Of a stretch of DNA of 64,000 nucleotides, positions 26,012 through 38,960 are shown in pieces. The position numbers were made by a program, and so were the translations under genes. Position 1 is the stretch's first letter. Each line of letters begins with the position of its first letter. This stretch comes from Tubiluchus corallicola (taxonomy: Eukaryota > Animalia > Priapulida), in assembly GCA_030141605.1 (NCBI GenBank), contig JAQGDQ010000466.1:115015-179014 (forward strand), written 5' to 3'. Under the pieces are notes generated by a model. That model made no database searches and was not told where the DNA came from. It saw only the letters and a program-made list of their open reading frames with translations.

Positions 26012-26290
26012 CAGTTGGGTTCACGCCAAGTGGAATAAATGTGGATGCCTTGCGATTCGTGAGACATGGGTTCGACTCTCGTTAGGGCAGTTTTATTTGA
26101 AATGCTGGTTGTTTGCACGGTATAGAGAGAATGTTTCACACATGAACAAGGCCGAGACACATCTGGTTGTTCAGTGGCTCATTTTCAGTTGTTGCCCTTG
26201 CTAGTAAGCCAGATTCAGCTCAGGCCACATCACAAACATCTCCATTGATACCATCAATTCAATACATAATTATGTTCACAGTGTGTCATA
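26012..26290 (+). mobile_element. Putative tRNA-derived SINE
   Basis: Degenerate A box (TCACGCCAAGTGG, about 26021-26033) and B box GGTTCGACTC (26069-26078) at tRNA-like spacing. No clean cloverleaf; the 3' boundary is uncertain. Confidence 0.55.
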
Positions 26291-26544
26291 ATTTCAGGAA
26301 CAAGTTGTTGTTAAGCTTTGTACGATAAAGATTAAAACTCTGAGCTGATGAAAAAAGAAACATCTGACTGTGAAAACTTTTCTTCAAAATTATTCAACAC
26401 AAAGAACGTTCAAATCCAAGATGCTGCAATGTTTATTTTAGAACAAGTTTTGTTCTTTTGCGCTCGGGATGTGAAAAATGTCTGAAATTTTCCCATTATC
26501 TTGTGTCAATACATTAGCCTGGGAGTTTAGAAAAGGACGCAGCA

Positions 26545-26710
26545 AAAGAGTTAAAAGAAGAAAGCAGAGTGATTATACACTTGAATTTCAAAAGCCTGCA
26601 TTCCACACCTGGGAAAGAGTTAAGCAGATAAAGCAGAGTGTTTACACACTTGAATTTCAAAAGTCTGCGTTCCACACCTGGGGAAGAGTTAAGCAAACAA
26701 AGCAGGGCAA
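26545..26710. repeat. 69-bp tandem repeat containing GGGAAAGAGTTAA
   Basis: AAGCAGAGTG at 26562 and 26631; paralog at 51410-51590. Confidence 0.88.
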
Positions 26711-27609
26711 ATACAGACAAGACTAATAATAGTCTGCAACATTCCAGTAAAATTGACACAAGCTTTTCTACAAAGGAGCGTGAATAAATAACAATTTCTG
26801 GTATAACAGCCTGTGTTTGCATTAGATTTTGCCTTAACTCACGTTTAATACCTACATGAGAAGCTTTAAGTTGTTTTACACGAAAGTAATACCTTCTTTT
26901 ACATGTCAGCGATCATTAATTTAACAAGATGCAACACAAGGTGGTTTTCTGCATCATGGTCCGCTGAGTGCAAAAGTCACATATCCATTAATTGATCAGT
27001 TTCTGTGTTGCTTAACCTTGGAAAGCACAGCTTGTGATCTTTAAACAGTCAGACATGACATTATTTTTTTCTTTTTGAAGTAAGACTGGTAATAATATAA
27101 CCACCCCGGAAATATAAGCACAATAATTTAGTTTCAGTTTTCAGATTTCAAAGCATTTTAAAGTCTTTGTATTGAAAACACAGGAGGAAAAACCAGTTTC
27201 ATTTACCATCATAATACAGACGAGGCTGGGTCATAATAATAGCTGTTTGAACAAGAACCAGCCAATTTTAAGTGTTCAATCACGGGGGCGAGCATACCGA
27301 TATGAAAGGGTAATTCTCCAAAGTGATTTGTTTGAGGAAGACAGAAATTACCCCTCTAATAACAATCTAGAGGCCAAAAACGTACCTAAGCAAAAAAAAA
27401 ATTCTAGCTTTGACTTGAGAACAAATACCCATGTCTTCTCGTACAGAGAAAATAGTTACGTGCGAAATAAAGTAAAGTACAAGACAAGCGATGCAGTTTT
27501 ACGACCTCCCCGCCCCCAAATATATTTGCCAGGGTCAAGAAAATACAAATTTATTTAAGAACCAGTTCCCAGTTACACATCATTTGCCACAAACTTATTT
27601 ATGTAGAGA

Positions 27610-28297
27610 TAAAATACCTAACACGTGTACAGGGCGTCCAGAAATTACCTAACGCTTATACAAGGTGTCCAGAAAATACCTATCGCTTATACAGGGTGTC
27701 CGTAAAATACCTAACGCTTATACAGGGCGTCCAGAAATTACCTAACGCTTATACAAGGTGTCCAGAAAATATCTATCGCTTATACAGGGTGTCCAGAAAA
27801 TCCATGACGCTTATACAGGGTGTCCAAAAAATACCTAACGCTTATACAGGGTGTCCGTAAAATACCTAACGCTTATACAGGGTGTCCAGAAAATACATAA
27901 CGCTTATACAGGTGTCCAGAAAATACCTAACGCTTATACAAGGTGTCCAGAAAATACCCAACGATTATACAGGGTGTCCAGAAAATACCTAACGTTTATA
28001 CAGGGTGTCCAGAAAATGCATGACGCTTATACAGGGTGTTCAGAAAATACCCAACGCTTATACAGGGTGTCCAGAAAATACCTAACGCTTATACAAGGTG
28101 TCCAGAAAATACCAAACGATTATACAGGGTGTCCAGAAAATACCTAACGCTTATACAGGGTGTCCAGAAAATGCATAACGCTCATACAGGGTGTCCAGAT
28201 AATGCATAACACTCATACAGGGTGTTCAGAAAATACCTAACGCTTATACAGGGTGTCCAGATAATATATAACACTCATACAGGGTGTTCAGAAAATA
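27610..28297. repeat. 31-bp minisatellite CTTATACAGGGTGTCCAGAAAATACCTAACG, about 22 copies
   Basis: Period 31 (27841 to 27872). Confidence 0.97.
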
Positions 28298-28349
28298 CTT
28301 TTAAGCTTCATAGTAAAATGAAACTGTCAAGCATTGAGAATCAATGCAT

Positions 28350-29455
28350 AACCCACCATACTGTCAAACCTGCAAACCCGCCATACTGTCAAACCTGCAT
28401 ACCCGCCATACTGTCAAAGCTGCAAATCCCGCTGTACTGTCAAACCTGCAAACCTGCCATACTGTTAAACCTGCCAAATCGGCCATACTGTAAAACTTGC
28501 AAAACCCGCCATACTGTCAAACCTGCAAAACCCGCCATACTGTCAAACCTGCAAACCCACCATACTGAAAAACCTGCCAAACCCGCCATACTGTCAAAGC
28601 TGCAAATCCCGCCATACTGTCAAACCTGCAAAACCCGCCATACTGTCATACCTGCCATACCAACCATACTGAAAAACCTGCCAACCCGCCATATTGTCAA
28701 ACCTGCCAACCCACCATATTGTTAAACCTGTCAAACCCGCCATACTGTCGAACCCGCCATACTGTCGAACCCGCCATACTGTCATACCTGCCATACCAAC
28801 CATACTGAAAAACCTGCCAACCCACCATATTGTTAAACCTGTCAAACCCGCCATACTGTCAAACCTGCAAAACCCGCCATACTGTCAAACCTGCAAACCC
28901 GCCATACTGTTAAACCTGTCAAACTGCTATACTGTGAAACCTGCAAAACCGCCATACTGTCAAATTTGCAAAACCCGCCATACTGTCAAAGCTGCAAATC
29001 CCGCCATACTGTCAAACCTGCAAACCTGCCATACTGTCAAACCTGCAAACCTGCCATACTGTCAAACCTGCAAACCAGCCATACTGTTAAACCTGCCAAA
29101 TCCGCCATACTGTCAAACCTGCCAAACCCGCCATACTGTCCAAGCTGCAAATCTGCCATACTGTCAAACCTGCAAACCCGCCATACTGTTAAACCTGTCA
29201 AACCGGCATACTGTGAAACCTGCAAAACCGCCATACTGTCAAATTTGCAAAACCCGCCATACTGTCAAAGCTGCAAATCCCGCCATACTGTCAAACCAGC
29301 ACACCCACCATACTGTCAAACCTGCAAACCCGCCATACTGTTAAACCTGCAAACCCACCATACTGTTAAACCTGCAAACTCGCCATACTGTCAAACCTGC
29401 CATACAGTCCATATTGACAAACCTGAAATTCCAGCCATACTCCCAAACCTTCAAA
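28350..29455. repeat. CCATACTGTCAAACCTG satellite, copy 2 (about 25-26-bp units)
   Basis: Direct inspection; source of the PPYCQTCK and PAIL ORFs. Confidence 0.96.
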
Positions 29456-30049
29456 ATCTGGTAGAGTACGCCACTTACTGGCTCACAACTGGCACACATT
29501 GAGAAGATTTGCCAGATGCCATTTAAATTCCCAGTAAGTTTACAGTTCGGTTCTTTTTTTGTTTTCAGTTGCTGCTTGCTAGGCTATGGGGCACTGCAGT
29601 AGATAAAATATCACTCAATAGTCCCAAATAAAATATTGCATTGAATCGCTAAATCTTAGTCCGTTCTCTTTTAATTTTTTTTTAAAATTATTTTTTAAAC
29701 AGGAGGTATGTTTCAAATTTTAGTTACATCAGTGTGCAGTTAAAAGATGCATCTTTCTATTCTAACCCGTTTTCAGTGATAGTTTTCATTTGAGTGAACT
29801 GCGGGTGCCTCAAACACACCTAAACTGTAATGGGCCATGCAGACGACCAAGCAACATAATCGTGTCACAATAGATCACAGCCTTACAGGACCCATTTATA
29901 TAAAACAAAGTAAGTGATTTAAAAGGATTGATCATAAGAATAACACTTACCATAAAATATATGCCGCACAGTTATAAAGACAGAATTAGCTAGCTGATGC
30001 CTGACAAACTTTGTAAAGCAAATTCACACTCCATGCCATATTACTGGCA

Positions 30050-30110
30050 AATCACGCTGATGACGTCATGAAGTGGCACGTATTTCAAAATCAAGATGGC
30101 GAAACGCGAT
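30050..30110 (+). promoter_or_regulatory. CpG-containing cassette with CRE (TGACGTCA) and YY1-like (CAAGATGGCG) motifs
   Basis: TGACGTCA at 30061-30068 and CAAGATGGCG at 30092-30101; conserved in the paralog (47828-47835; AAAATGGCG 47856-47864). Function not demonstrated. Confidence 0.35.
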
Positions 30111-31554
30111 TTGCTTTCTGTGAGAAATTCCAAGTTAAATTGATGCTTTCAACCTAACGTGGCTTTTAATTCAACATACAGAATGGCACTTTTTCACTTT
30201 TACTGAACAAACGTTAATTTAAAACTTGCTTTAGGAAATGCCACCATTCCGTTTTTAAATCACCTTGCAGCCACAGTCTATTTATTAGACAAAATAAAAG
30301 AGTAGAGCATGATCACTTCTTGGTTGGTTAAGTGCAAAGAATAAATTGTTTCGTACAGAAAACATATTTTTCACATTTCTAACAAAATCACACATTTTGC
30401 TCACGCTTATAGCAAGACTGCAAAGCAAATGATTTGCTTGAGTTGTCTCGTCTTCACGCATCTGAAAGTTATGCCTATAAACTGACGTGTTGAAGTTGTT
30501 CACCGTGACAGCTTTTTAACTCCGCCTTAAATTCTTGAGCACTAGAAATATGGCGCTAATAATGTTCGTTTGCACATGTTTAATAAACACAAAGTTGTTT
30601 CACTTTTTAAGCGCGGTCCATTTGCGCAAGTTGTCCATCTTACTACCAAATCTTTTATTCCTTTTTAAGAATTTACAGAATCCTAAATAAACTTCAATAA
30701 ATTGTCATTGCAGAATAATAAGACCTGCTTAATATTTGTTACAGTTATGGTCAAGATAATTAAAATCATTATGAGTTGTGAACCATCATCTTCTTGTTGT
30801 TTGTTTATATGTTAACTTTGATTAGTATCTTATGTCTGTCAATAATAAAAGTAAAGCAAAAGTGTTTCTTATGAAACTTTATATAATTTCATAGTTTGGG
30901 AAAATCCCAAAACGTAAATTCATGGAACTCCCCACTTTTTTGATTCTTACTGTGCAACTAAAAACCTGTGTTTTGAAACGTCATTATTGGTGTTTATATA
31001 ATAAAGACAGTTTGCAAAATGTATAAATATTGAAACTGTAACATCTATAGTTCAGCTGAAACTAGAAAATTAGCTTTACTTAGTTGTTATTTATTTTATA
31101 ACGTAAAATGTCAAATACTAAACCATTCGAGAGGCACTGTCTGTACAAAGGAGGGCTGCTTAATTATAAATCTTGTTAAGTATTTCAGTTGATCCTAAAA
31201 CGCTAATCACATAGCGCTACAAAATACAATTTTCTCTAGAATTCGCATTGGAAACTCGTAATCCCGGCAAAACGCTGAATTGCATCCAGACCTCTTAAGA
31301 CACGCCCTCTGCACACAAAGAGGAGGTTATTGCTTTTTAAAATCTTCTGAAGTATTTGAGATGATGCGCCGTTTACACCCTGCAAACAAATATAGATCTT
31401 ATCTTCAATAATTTTGTCTGGAATTTAACAATGACTTCAGAAATAATAAGCCTCGCTTTTGAAATGAATAATCTTGTCGGCAGATTTCACAAAATACCAA
31501 ATTGCAGACATCTTGAGATGCGCTCTCTCTGCACACAAAAGAGCAGCTTATTTA

Positions 31555-31910
31555 TAATCTTTTTAAAGTGTTCACCTGAGTTGTAGGTTACTCCCTGCAC
31601 ACAAAGGAAGATTTTAATCCCTTATAATTGTGTCTGGAATTTAATAATGATTGATAAGCTGATAGTAATAATGAATATTTTTGAAGTGTTTACCTGAGTT
31701 GTAGGTTACTCCCTGCCGACAAAGAAAGATTTTAATCCCTTATAATTCTGTCTGGAATTTAATAACGATTGATAAGCTGGTAATAATAATGAATCTTTTT
31801 GAAGAGTTTACCTGAGTGGCAGTTTACTCCCTGCCGATAAAGAAAGATTTTAATCCCTTATAATTCTGTCTGGAATTTAATAACGATTGATAAGCTGATA
31901 ATAAAAATCC
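31555..31910. repeat. 119-bp tandem repeat, 3 copies
   Basis: Same unit as 10545-11180. Confidence 0.93.
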
Positions 31911-32879
31911 CTCTTTTTGAAGGTTCAGCAAATTTCACAACAATCTTAGCAGCACGTGAGATTTTCTGGGTTATCACCAAAATTTGAACTGGCATGTTCG
32001 ATATATAATAAATAATTTTGCAACAACTATATGGTTGTTGTCATTGTCGCTGCAGCAGCTCCACCTTCTACTTTTCACTCGCAATATTGCAATCATTGCT
32101 GTTGCAGCTATGCTGATGATGATGATAACGAATGTTGTCACTTTCTGTTGGCTGTGATGGCTATTGTTGTTCTTTCTGAAAGCTTTATACTTTATGTTCA
32201 TAATTTCACAGGTAAAAAATTGTCGCCTTTTTATACATCAAAGAAAGTTTTTCTCAATAGCAAGCAACAGCATTTCAAAACTTTCTTTGTTAGGTTGCGC
32301 CATATCAATAAGACTTATTTCTCAGACTCGAATTAACAGAGATTATAATCAATTATTGCACGTGACTCTTGTGCTTAGGGCGTGAGCTTTGTGTACAGCT
32401 CATATTTCAAATTTTTCGTAAGTTAAAACAAATTAAAAAATCTTTTTATGTTACAGGGTATCATAAGCTGTTTTCATATTATTTCTATTGCCAGACAGCA
32501 ACATGCAAGGTGTGATGAACTTATCGTTGCACATAACAGTCAAACGCATTTAAAACCAGTACTTTACAGAAATTATGAAACATTGTAACACAGCAGCATA
32601 AGCAGTTTGCCTATTATTTCCGTTTTCAGGTGGCAGCACAGGCTCTAGAAGGCTTGTCGTGCACGCAGCAGGTTTATACATTTACTCCACAAAAATTGGA
32701 GGCCAATAAACTCATTTCGTGAAAAATGTAAAATGTATCCTTTTGTGGTATTATTTTTACATCTTACCTAGGTGCTTCGTGTAATAATTGGGCTGTAAAC
32801 AGAATGCAAAAATTGACTTTGGCAAAGAACAAAATGAACATGAAATGCTTAAATCGCATGTAATCCACACACATGTGGA

Positions 32880-33778
32880 GGTTGTTGCTAAAAGACATAT
32901 GTCATCAGCGTACACCAAGTGATTAATGCATGCTTCAGCAATATGACAACGCACACGAGAGTTAGTAAGTGCAGCACTAAGATTTTTATAATAGAAGTTG
33001 AATAACAAAGGAGACATTTTTCCACCTTGACGAATTCCATTACCTACTGCAAAACTATCAGAGATAAACCATACGTTGTTTTATGTAATAAAAAGCGAAA
33101 GTCTAGTTTGGTATGTTAGTACTGATAATATTTAGAAACAGGTTGAGATAGCTTGCTCTGTCGAACGCTTTTGATGTGTCAATAAACTGAATGTGTACAG
33201 TGTTTTGTCGACTAATGTAATAGTCAAGCAACACTTTTAAGGCATGGATGCACATCTCTGTGCCTAAGTTTTCAACAAAACCAAACTGGTTTAGCGTGGT
33301 ACTCAAACAAGAACTGTAACGATTTACCAGCAGTATTTCTATAACTTTGCTTCCTACAGCTGAAAGATCGACAGGCCAATAGTTGTTTTTGTCTGTAATA
33401 TCCTCATTTTTGACTTTAACGGGAGGTACTAGTTCAGATAACTAGTTCAGAGGACGTGAATAGAAGCACCAACATGATTGGCAGCAAATGGGATGCATTA
33501 CAGAAATGTTCACCTTTAAGACAGTCTGGACAGTTAAGTAGCCATGAGACTTACCATTTATGCGCCATGCAAGGAAACACTGAGGAGAATATCTATGACT
33601 ATCTGCAACATAGTCATTTCAACCAGGTATCGTCTCATGGACACTTATTAGACACAAGTCGCTTCCCTGAAATACCGATAGTGGCTGAAACGTTTAGTAT
33701 GTTAGTAATATCTCCATACAGTTTAGACAAGTTATTTTGGTGTTGTTCGTTTTCACAGTACACAATTTTACAAAATAC
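32880..33778 (-). mobile_element. Second copy of the RTE-X-like RT fragment
   Basis: NQFGFVENLGTEMCIHALK...FIDTSKAFDR and MSPLLFNFY...HLVYADDICLLA; same junction to the GA tract as copy 1. Confidence 0.88.
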
Positions 33779-33949
33779 AGAAAGAGAGAGAGAGAGACAG
33801 ACAGAGATAAGAAGGAGAGAGTGAAAGAGAGAGGGGAGAGAATGAGAAACAGACAGAGAACAAAAAAGCTTCAAAGACAAATGGGATGTGAGTAAGAAAG
33901 AGAAAAAGAAAGAGAGAGAGAGAGTGAGAGAGAAAACTGAACAGAGAAA

Positions 33950-35755
33950 GAGAAATCGAAGGCTTTGTCCCACTGTAGTAGAGATGAAAAAATTAAAAAC
34001 GTAACCTTCTTTGCTAAATATCTTTCCAGGAAATGCTTTTTCTGTGAAATGATTTCTGAGGAAAAATGTTTACTGGGAAAAAGTTTTCAAGGACAAAAAT
34101 TCTAACAAATTACCATCTGGGGGGTTTTTTCTGGCAAGTAGTTTTTCTCCAAAAAAAATTATGGGAGGCCCTGAGCAACTGACTTAAACTACCAGGTATC
34201 GAAGATTTTTGTTTATTAAATAACCAAAAGAGTTTGTTCTAACAATATAACCAATAATAGTTAGAGGTGCGTTTTGATTAGATAACTCTCCTGTTCTTAC
34301 CTGTAAGGTGGTGACATCTGGCTTCAATATTACCATCCTAGTTACTGTCATTCAAGTTTCAGTGTGTTCAAAGCAGTGATGACGTGTTGACAAATTTTCT
34401 GTGTATCTCACAATTTGATGCGAAATATGCTTGTATAATTTGTTTAATTTTATTTAGTTATTCAAGTCTTTGATTTATTTCTCTTAATCGTAATTGACAT
34501 TTTGATGAGAACTCTTCGATTAGTTTATTAAAGGAATTTGCATTTCATTCAAGATAAAAATTATGTATAATTTATAAAATGGCGTCTCAATGCGTGTCAA
34601 ACATGAAGTAAAATGACAAAATTGCATGTGCCTTGATGATCATTATATATTTATTACATTGTTTTTTTTTACTTAATTATAACAATATAGGCATAATATT
34701 TTAACTTATTTACTATTTTCTGTAGGGCCATCGCCTAGTTTTACCGCATTACCAAAGGAGGTGACCACCAACAGGAAAAGTAACATGATGGAAAACTCTA
34801 TTGATCAAGGATGTATGCACGTCTACAGCCTAAGTTAGCTAAAGGTCTGCTACATCCATCTACAGACTACATTTTTGAAGAAGGTTTTGTTTTTAACAAG
34901 GAGATTGCTGATTGTACACTTCCAAAAGTAGAATAGTCTAGGTAACATTCTTTTGATATAACTCACTATACAGAAACAATGAGTAATAAGGCAAAAAATT
35001 TATTAATTTCATCAAACAACTGCAAGTCTGTTGTGCCAGTTAAGTGACCACAGTATGAAGATGTACAAAACATACTTTGTGAACAATGCTGAACAACAAA
35101 TTTGTATTGCCATTTTATGCAATGCACAAAGTCCCAAACAAGATCGAAAATAGATTGACTTTACAATAAACTCATCTGACAAAGTGAGATAAACTAATCA
35201 CTGAAGCAACTGTGTAACCCAGTGTTTCTTGCAGCCCTTTAAAATCAATTAATACTTATCACCATTTCCATCCTCTTTTGCCTTTATCACCATAAATCAT
35301 AATCATCAGTTTTCTTTTTTTAGATTAGTGACACTCCATAATGATTGTTTGCTCTCAGGATGGGCGTATGTCGATTTCAGTCCGTTTTTGGACTTTCGCT
35401 CATTTTCTTGGCATATCAATGTAATTATGGCATAACTTGTGACATCATGTATTAAGTTACAAGGAACAGAACTGTCAGCTATGGCTTGCATCAATTTTCT
35501 AAGAGCTTCTTCTACATGAAATATTTTGCTGTCAATTCCTTCTTCCTCTATGACAAATTGACATGTCAGTTGATGCATCTCTTTAATTGACTTCAATGCG
35601 CTGTATACTCAACGTACTCATCAACCCCACCAAGTCTGTTGTATTTGAGGGTCAACAGATTTTTTACAACATTGCACGTGATTCAAAGAACAAATGAAGG
35701 AATAAGATTAATTTTAAAAGCCATGTCGTGATTATGGCTTATTAGACATTTCCAA
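33950..35755. repeat. Module h, copy 2
   Basis: Colinear with 16900-18740. Confidence 0.92.
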
Positions 35756-36064
35756 CGTTAAAATTTGAATAGTTTGAAAGATGTAGAACTTCTTTTAACT
35801 TGCTCACACATCCCATTTATGATTCGAACTGTAAAATACTTCGTATGTGTTTATTAATTGCGCATAATTTCGATTGAAATTGTAATACAACCAGAAGACA
35901 TTACAAAAACTAGAATGGACATGTATGTTGTGAAAAGTTGTTCAGGTTTGTTCATTACACTCACATTTATTTGACTCTGGTATGTTCTTATGAAAACAAA
36001 TGGCCTTGAATTGGATAATAATTGTCAATGATTCAAATCTGAGTTCCTTTTTTACGTTACAAAA

Positions 36065-38960
36065 GTAGCACTTAATAATTTATTTTCTGTGTAACCACAC
36101 TTATTTTCTATACAACCATACTTAGTAACTTTATTCTGTGCAACCGCACTTAGTAACTTATTTTCTGCGCAACCACACTGCTTTTCTGTGCAACCACACT
36201 TAGTAACTTATTTTCTGCGCAACCACACTTAGTAACTTATTTTCTGCACCACTGCACTTATTTTCTATACAACCATACTTAGTAACTTATTTTCTGCGCA
36301 ACCGCACTTAGTAACTTATTTTCTGCACAACTGCACTGATTTTCTGTGCAAACACACTTAGTAACTTATTTTCTGCGCAACCAACTTAGTAACTTATTTT
36401 CTGCACCACTGCACTTATTTTCTATACAACCATACTTAGTAACTTATTTTCTGCGCAACCGCACTTAGTAACTTATTTTCTGTGCAACTGCACTGATTTT
36501 CTGTGCAACCACACTTAGTAACTTATTTTCTGTGCAACCAACTTAGTAACTTATTTTCTGCACAACTGCACTTATTTTCTATGCAACCACACTTAGGAAG
36601 TTATTTTCTGCGCAACTGCACTTAGTAACTTATTTTCTGCGCAACTGCACTGATTTTCTGTGCAAACACACTTAGTAACTTATTTTCTGCGCAACCAACT
36701 TAGTAACTTATTTTCTGCACCACTGCACTTATTTTCTATACAACCATACTTAGTAACTTATTTTCTGGGCAACCGCACTTAGTAACTTATTTTCTGCGCA
36801 ACTGCACTGATTTTCTGTGCAACCACACTTAGTAACTTATTTTCTGTGCAACCAACTTAGTAACTTATTTTCTGCACAACTGCACTTATTTTCTATGCAA
36901 CCACACTTAGGAAGTTATTTTCTGCGCAACTGCACTTAGTAACTTATTTTCTGCACAACCCCACTTATTTTCTGCACAACAACACTTTTTTTGCTGACAA
37001 CCACAACAACAGCACGTATTTTCTGTGCAACCACACTTAGAAATATATTATCTGTGCATCCGCACTTTTTTGCTGACAATCACAACAACCACACTTATTT
37101 TATATGCAACTACACTAAGTAACTTATTTTCTGTGCAACTGCACTTAATTTCTATGCAACTACACTAAGTAACTTATTTTCTGTGCAACTGCACTTATTT
37201 TCTGCGCAACAGCACTTTTTTGCTGACAACCACAACAACCGCACTTATTTTATATGCTACTGCACTAAATAACTTATTTTCTGTGCAATCGCACTTATTT
37301 TCTGTTCAACCACACTTTTTTGGGACAATCACAACAACCGCCCTTATTTAAATCTGAGTTCCTTTTTTACGTTACAAATGTAGCACTCAATAACTTATTT
37401 TCTGTGCAGCCACACTGAGTAAATTATTTTCTGTCAACCGCACTTAGTAACTTATTTTCTACGCAACCGCACTTATTTTCTGTACAACTGCACTTAGTAA
37501 CTTATTTTCTGCACAACCGCACTGATTTTCTGCGCAACAGCACTTTTCTGCTGACAACCACAAAAACCGCACTTATTTTCTGTGCAACCACACTTAGCAA
37601 CTTATTTTCTGCGCAACCTCACTTAGTAACTTATTTTCTGCACAACCACACTTATTTTCTATGCAACTACACTAAGTAACTTATTTTCTGTGCAACTGCA
37701 CTTATTTTCTGCCCAACAGCACTTTTTTGCTGACAACTGCACTTATTTTCTGTGCAACTGCACTAAATAACTTATTTTCTGTGCAACCACACTTAGAAAC
37801 ATATTATCTGTGCATCCGCACTTTTTTGCTGACAATCACAACAACCACGCTTATTTTACATGCAACTACACTAAGTAACTTATTTTCTGTGCAACTGCGC
37901 TTTATTTCTATGCAACTACACTAAGTAATTTTTTTTCTGTGCAACTGCACTTATTTTCTGCGCAACAGCACTTTTTTGCTGACAACCACAACAACCGCAC
38001 TTATTTTATATGCTACTGCACTAAATAACTTATTTTCTGTGCAACCGCACTTATTTTCTGTTCAACCACACTCTTTCGGACAATCACAACAACCGCACTT
38101 ATTTACTTATTTTCTGCGCAATTGCACTTATTTGCTGACACCCACAACAACCGCCCTTATTCAAATCTGAGTTCCTTTTTTACATTACAAATGTAGCACT
38201 TAATAACTTATTTTCTGTCAACCACACTTAGTAACTTATTTTCTGCACAACTGCACTGATTTTCTGCGCAACAGCACTTTTCTGCTGACAACCACAAAAA
38301 CCGCACTTATTTTCTGTGCAACCACACTTAGCAACTTATTTTCTGTGCAACCGCACTTAGAAACATATTATCTGTGCATCAGCACTTTTTTGCTGACAAC
38401 CACAACAACCACACTTATTTTCCAAGCACCCACACTTAGAAAGTTATTATCAGCGCAACCACACTTTTTTCCTGACAACCAAAACAAACGCTCTCAGTAA
38501 CTTATTTCTGAGCAACCGCACTTTTTTGCTGACAACCACAACAAACACACTTATTTTCTGCAAAACCGCACTTATTTTCTATGCAACTGTACTAAGAAAC
38601 TTATTTTCTGCGCAACTGCACTTAGTAACTTATTTTCTGCACAACCCCACTTATTTTCTATGCAACTACACTAAGTAACTTATTTTCTGTGCAGCTGCAC
38701 TTATTTTCTATGCAACCACACATATTTACTTATTATCAATGCAAATGCACATATTTACTTATTTTCTATGCAACTGCACTTATTCACTTATTTTCTATGC
38801 AACTGCACATATTTACTTATTTTCTATGCAACTGCACATAATTACCTATGTTCTGTGCAACCGCATATATTTTCTTATTTTCTGTACAACCGCACATATC
38901 TACTTATTTTCTATGCAAATGCACATATTTACTTATTTTCTGTGCAACTGCACATATTTA
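36065..38960 (+). repeat. 29-bp (and 21-bp) satellite AACTTATTTTCTGTGCAACCGCACTTAGT with higher-order repeats
   Basis: Direct inspection; the flank AAATCTGAGTTCCTTTTTTAC recurs at about 36035, 37350 and 38163. Confidence 0.97.

Noticed and set aside
26012-26090. Functional tRNA gene
   Set aside because: No convincing acceptor or anticodon stems; treated as a SINE head.
27172-27558. 128-aa ORF
   Set aside because: Non-ATG start, no recognisable motif and no splice context.
28222-29502. CxxC-rich ORFs (PYCQTCK) resembling zinc fingers or multiheme proteins
   Set aside because: Artefact of the CCATACTGTCAAACCTG satellite; the reading frame shifts between units. The same applies to 22600-22926 and 46479-47406.
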